A stretch of 64,000 bases of DNA, taken from Vicugna vicugna (Eukaryota). Positions 61,456-64,000 of the stretch are shown here, piece by piece (within the stretch, counting starts at the first letter, position 1; every line of letters starts with the position of its first letter). The stretch lies in assembly GCA_013265495.1 (NCBI GenBank), contig MU057887.1:2575576-2639575 (forward strand), given 5' to 3'. The position numbers and the translations under genes are program-made. Below the pieces are notes generated by a model. That model saw nothing but the letters and a program-made list of their open reading frames with translations. It was not told the DNA's origin and did no database searches.

Positions 61456-63034
61456 GCAAGATGGCACCGCAGGACGGTGACAGTGGCTGGGTGGGGAGCT
61501 GCTGAGAGGCGCTGCTGTGCCCCAGACAGCGCCGCCCGTCAGACCCCCGCGGCAGCCGCAGAGAGCCACGTCTTCCCCGCTGGCCTTCCGTCGTGTGCCC
61601 AGACCTCCCGAAGATTAAGGAAAGTTTACTCCCTCGCTCGTAGCCTGAGAGCTGCCTCTGCAAAGCCGGGGTGAGGACAGGTGGTTTTCTCCCCAGAAAT
61701 AGGTCTTTTCTCCTTGGGAACCATTTTTACCGAAGCCATCGGGGTGACAAGGAGCTGGATGTGTTCAGACGCGTCCCCGAGGCTCAGGCTTCTCAGCGAC
61801 AGCTGCCTCCTAGGGAGGCACGAGTCTCTCCTTGGAAGTCTTCACCGCAGCCTCACGGGTCCCACCCGCTCCCCGGACCCCTCCTTCCTGTGAGCGGATG
61901 CACCCTTCATTACGATCCTCGGCAGTGGCGGAAATGTTACGGGGGAAGAAAAGCTGTTGACAATTTTATTTTTAAAAGTAACTAAGAATAGGGTGAACCT
62001 TGTAAAAATAGCAAGTCTGCAAACAGGACTGCGCCCAAGGCCAAGTTCTCCTTCTGAAAAATCAGCGTTCGGCGTTTAACAAGAAAGGGGATCAAGGCTT
62101 AGCCTCGCGCACAGTCATGGAGGTCTCGGGGACGAGGACGGAAACTAGGACGTGGGTCCGGCCTGCGCCACCACTGGGCGGGGGCTTGGGCAGCCCCACC
62201 CCCACCCTTCAGAGCACAAAGGCTCACCTGGTCTGCCTGGATTAGCTCCACACGTCACCTGACGACATGGAAACATCCTTGAGATCATCTTTCGCATTAT
62301 CAGAGTTTCCTTTGAAACTGGAATTTTTAATTGGGAGGAACTTGGGTGTTTCCGTCACGGCTCTTGGTTCACCTCTGACCCCTGGCTGGCAGGGCCGGAA
62401 GCTGCAGGGCAAAGATCTTCCCCCCAGTGGCCTGAAACAGGAGAGACTGACTCAGAGCAGAAGCCCCAGCACCGGAAGGGATCAGGTGCCGGCGAGTGGG
62501 GCTCTGCAGAGCACCTGCTGGAGGCTGGGATGATGCCAGCTTGGGGGTCCTCTGGGCCCTGCCCGCCCCCGAGTCCTGAGCAGGTGGAGTCCTGGGGCGG
62601 GTTCCGGGGTCAGCACTCTGCCCTGGCAGGCGCCCCGTAAACAAGGCTCGAGTGTGCACACGTCACTCTCGCGGTCCTGCACAGCCGCAGTAAGCCCCGA
62701 GTCGCTCTGGGAAGTCGTGAGTAAGTCTTGCAGATCTTGAAGAGTCAGAAAGGCCAGATGAGGCTGAGTCGAGATGGGTCTAAGCGGCAGGCACAGGGGC
62801 GGAGGCTGCAGGCTCACATCCTGAGATCTCCCACGGGCCGCACCTGAGACCCGCCAGCGACGGGCCATCAGGAGGAGGAGGGACATGAGAAGCGCCCCCT
62901 GCTCTGCACCAGCCCCGCGAGCACGGAGGTCCCTAAGTCCACGCTGTCTTCAAGGAGCACAGAGTTTGGGGGGACTGCAGGTGTAAAATCACTAGAGACA
63001 GATGTAAGACCTGCTTCTGTTGACAACCATAATT

Positions 63035-63125
63035 GTAGCATTTGTTCACGGAGCATCTAGAGGGCGCCTACTGTATACTAGGGTCAGGGATGCGTCCTGA
63101 GGTCGCAGAGATGGACCTGGAGGAG
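63035..63125 (-). mobile_element. L2 3'-end relic
   Basis: catttgttcacggagcatctagagggcgcctactgtatactagg. Confidence 0.5.
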
Positions 63126-64000
63126 GGAGTCAGGATGTGGCAATGCCCTGTGGCCGGAGCCATAACCCAGACGTGCACCACAGCAGCCCCCGGGAGAGAC
63201 CGGACTGAGAGGGGCTGCTCCTGTGATCCAGGACACCAGCTCTGGACAGAGCCTGAAGCGCCATCCGTGATCCCCGGGATCCAGTCCCAGGGACAGAGGC
63301 GACTTTCCCCGGGTGTAGCATCAGGCCCCCCACTAGGCTCTCTGGTGGACTTCCAGAAGCAGAGCATGAAGTCCGGAACAGGCCCAGGTTAGAGACATTT
63401 CTCTACCGCAGATCAGATGTGGGTCTTCAAGATGGAGCTTCTGATGAAGAGGAAGAAACACCAAGGTGTGAATAAACCAAAATTCCAGGAAGCACCCCCA
63501 CACTCCGCCCTCCCGAGGCTGGGCCCCAGATGCCCCCTTCTTCTGGTCCCCGGGCAGGTCTGACCACTCCCTGCCAGGGGGAGGGCCCTGAGTCAACAGA
63601 CCACAGGTCTGTGGGCAGCACCCCTGTCTCCCTGGGGTCCCCTCCCCACCCGTGCTGCCAGCCACCTCCCACCCGCTAACACCTATGTCTTCGGAGGGGG
63701 CCCCCGGACTGCAGAGCCCCATATCCCAACGCTTGGCAGGACGAGTGCCAGCAAGCGGCATGCCGACACGCTGCTCGCCCAGGGCCAGCGTGAGCCTGCA
63801 CCGGTGGGCACAGACGTGTGAGTGCCCCGGCTTGCCTGTCTTGAAGCTCAGGAGGTCCAAGCTCCTGCTGTTTGCTTCCCCCCACCACCTCCTCCCACCT
63901 GGCTCTCTCCACTCTGAGCACCTCCCGCCTCCCTGCCCTCGACTCTTGGCTCAGAGTCTGCTCCCGGGGAAAGGTGTCTGGGACACAGAGTCCCCTTCTG

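Noticed and set aside
1..64000. CRISPR array, operon or prokaryotic defence system
   Set aside because: The sequence is mammalian. It has no regularly spaced repeat-spacer array and no gene-dense organisation.

Overview
This window is GC-rich mammalian genomic DNA, most likely from a camelid (camel, alpaca or llama). The evidence is three copies of a tRNA-Ala-derived SINE matching my recollection of the camelid vic-1 family, plus cetartiodactyl-type LINE-1 3' ends. There is one assembly gap (179-287). I recognise no host protein-coding exon. The ORF track is explained by chance GC-rich open frames, microsatellite frames and decayed LINE-1 ORF1/ORF2. Supportable content: many LINE-1 fragments (three with 5' inversions), MaLR/ERVL LTRs, MIR/L2/CR1 relics, a Zaphod-like hAT transposase fossil, microsatellites, two CpG islands and several short AT-rich islands with homeodomain/forkhead motifs. 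I found no convincing new multi-gene system. The best leads are: (1) an orphan, possibly bidirectional CpG-island promoter at about 39.25-40.55 kb, built on a tandem GC-box array with splice donors on both strands; (2) sharply localised AT-to-GC rewriting of transposon relics, consistent with GC-biased gene conversion and datable from nested insertions; (3) an apparent templated insertion copied from 2.1 kb upstream into an old L1. All repeat family names come from recalled consensus sequences, not from a database search, and boundaries are approximate.
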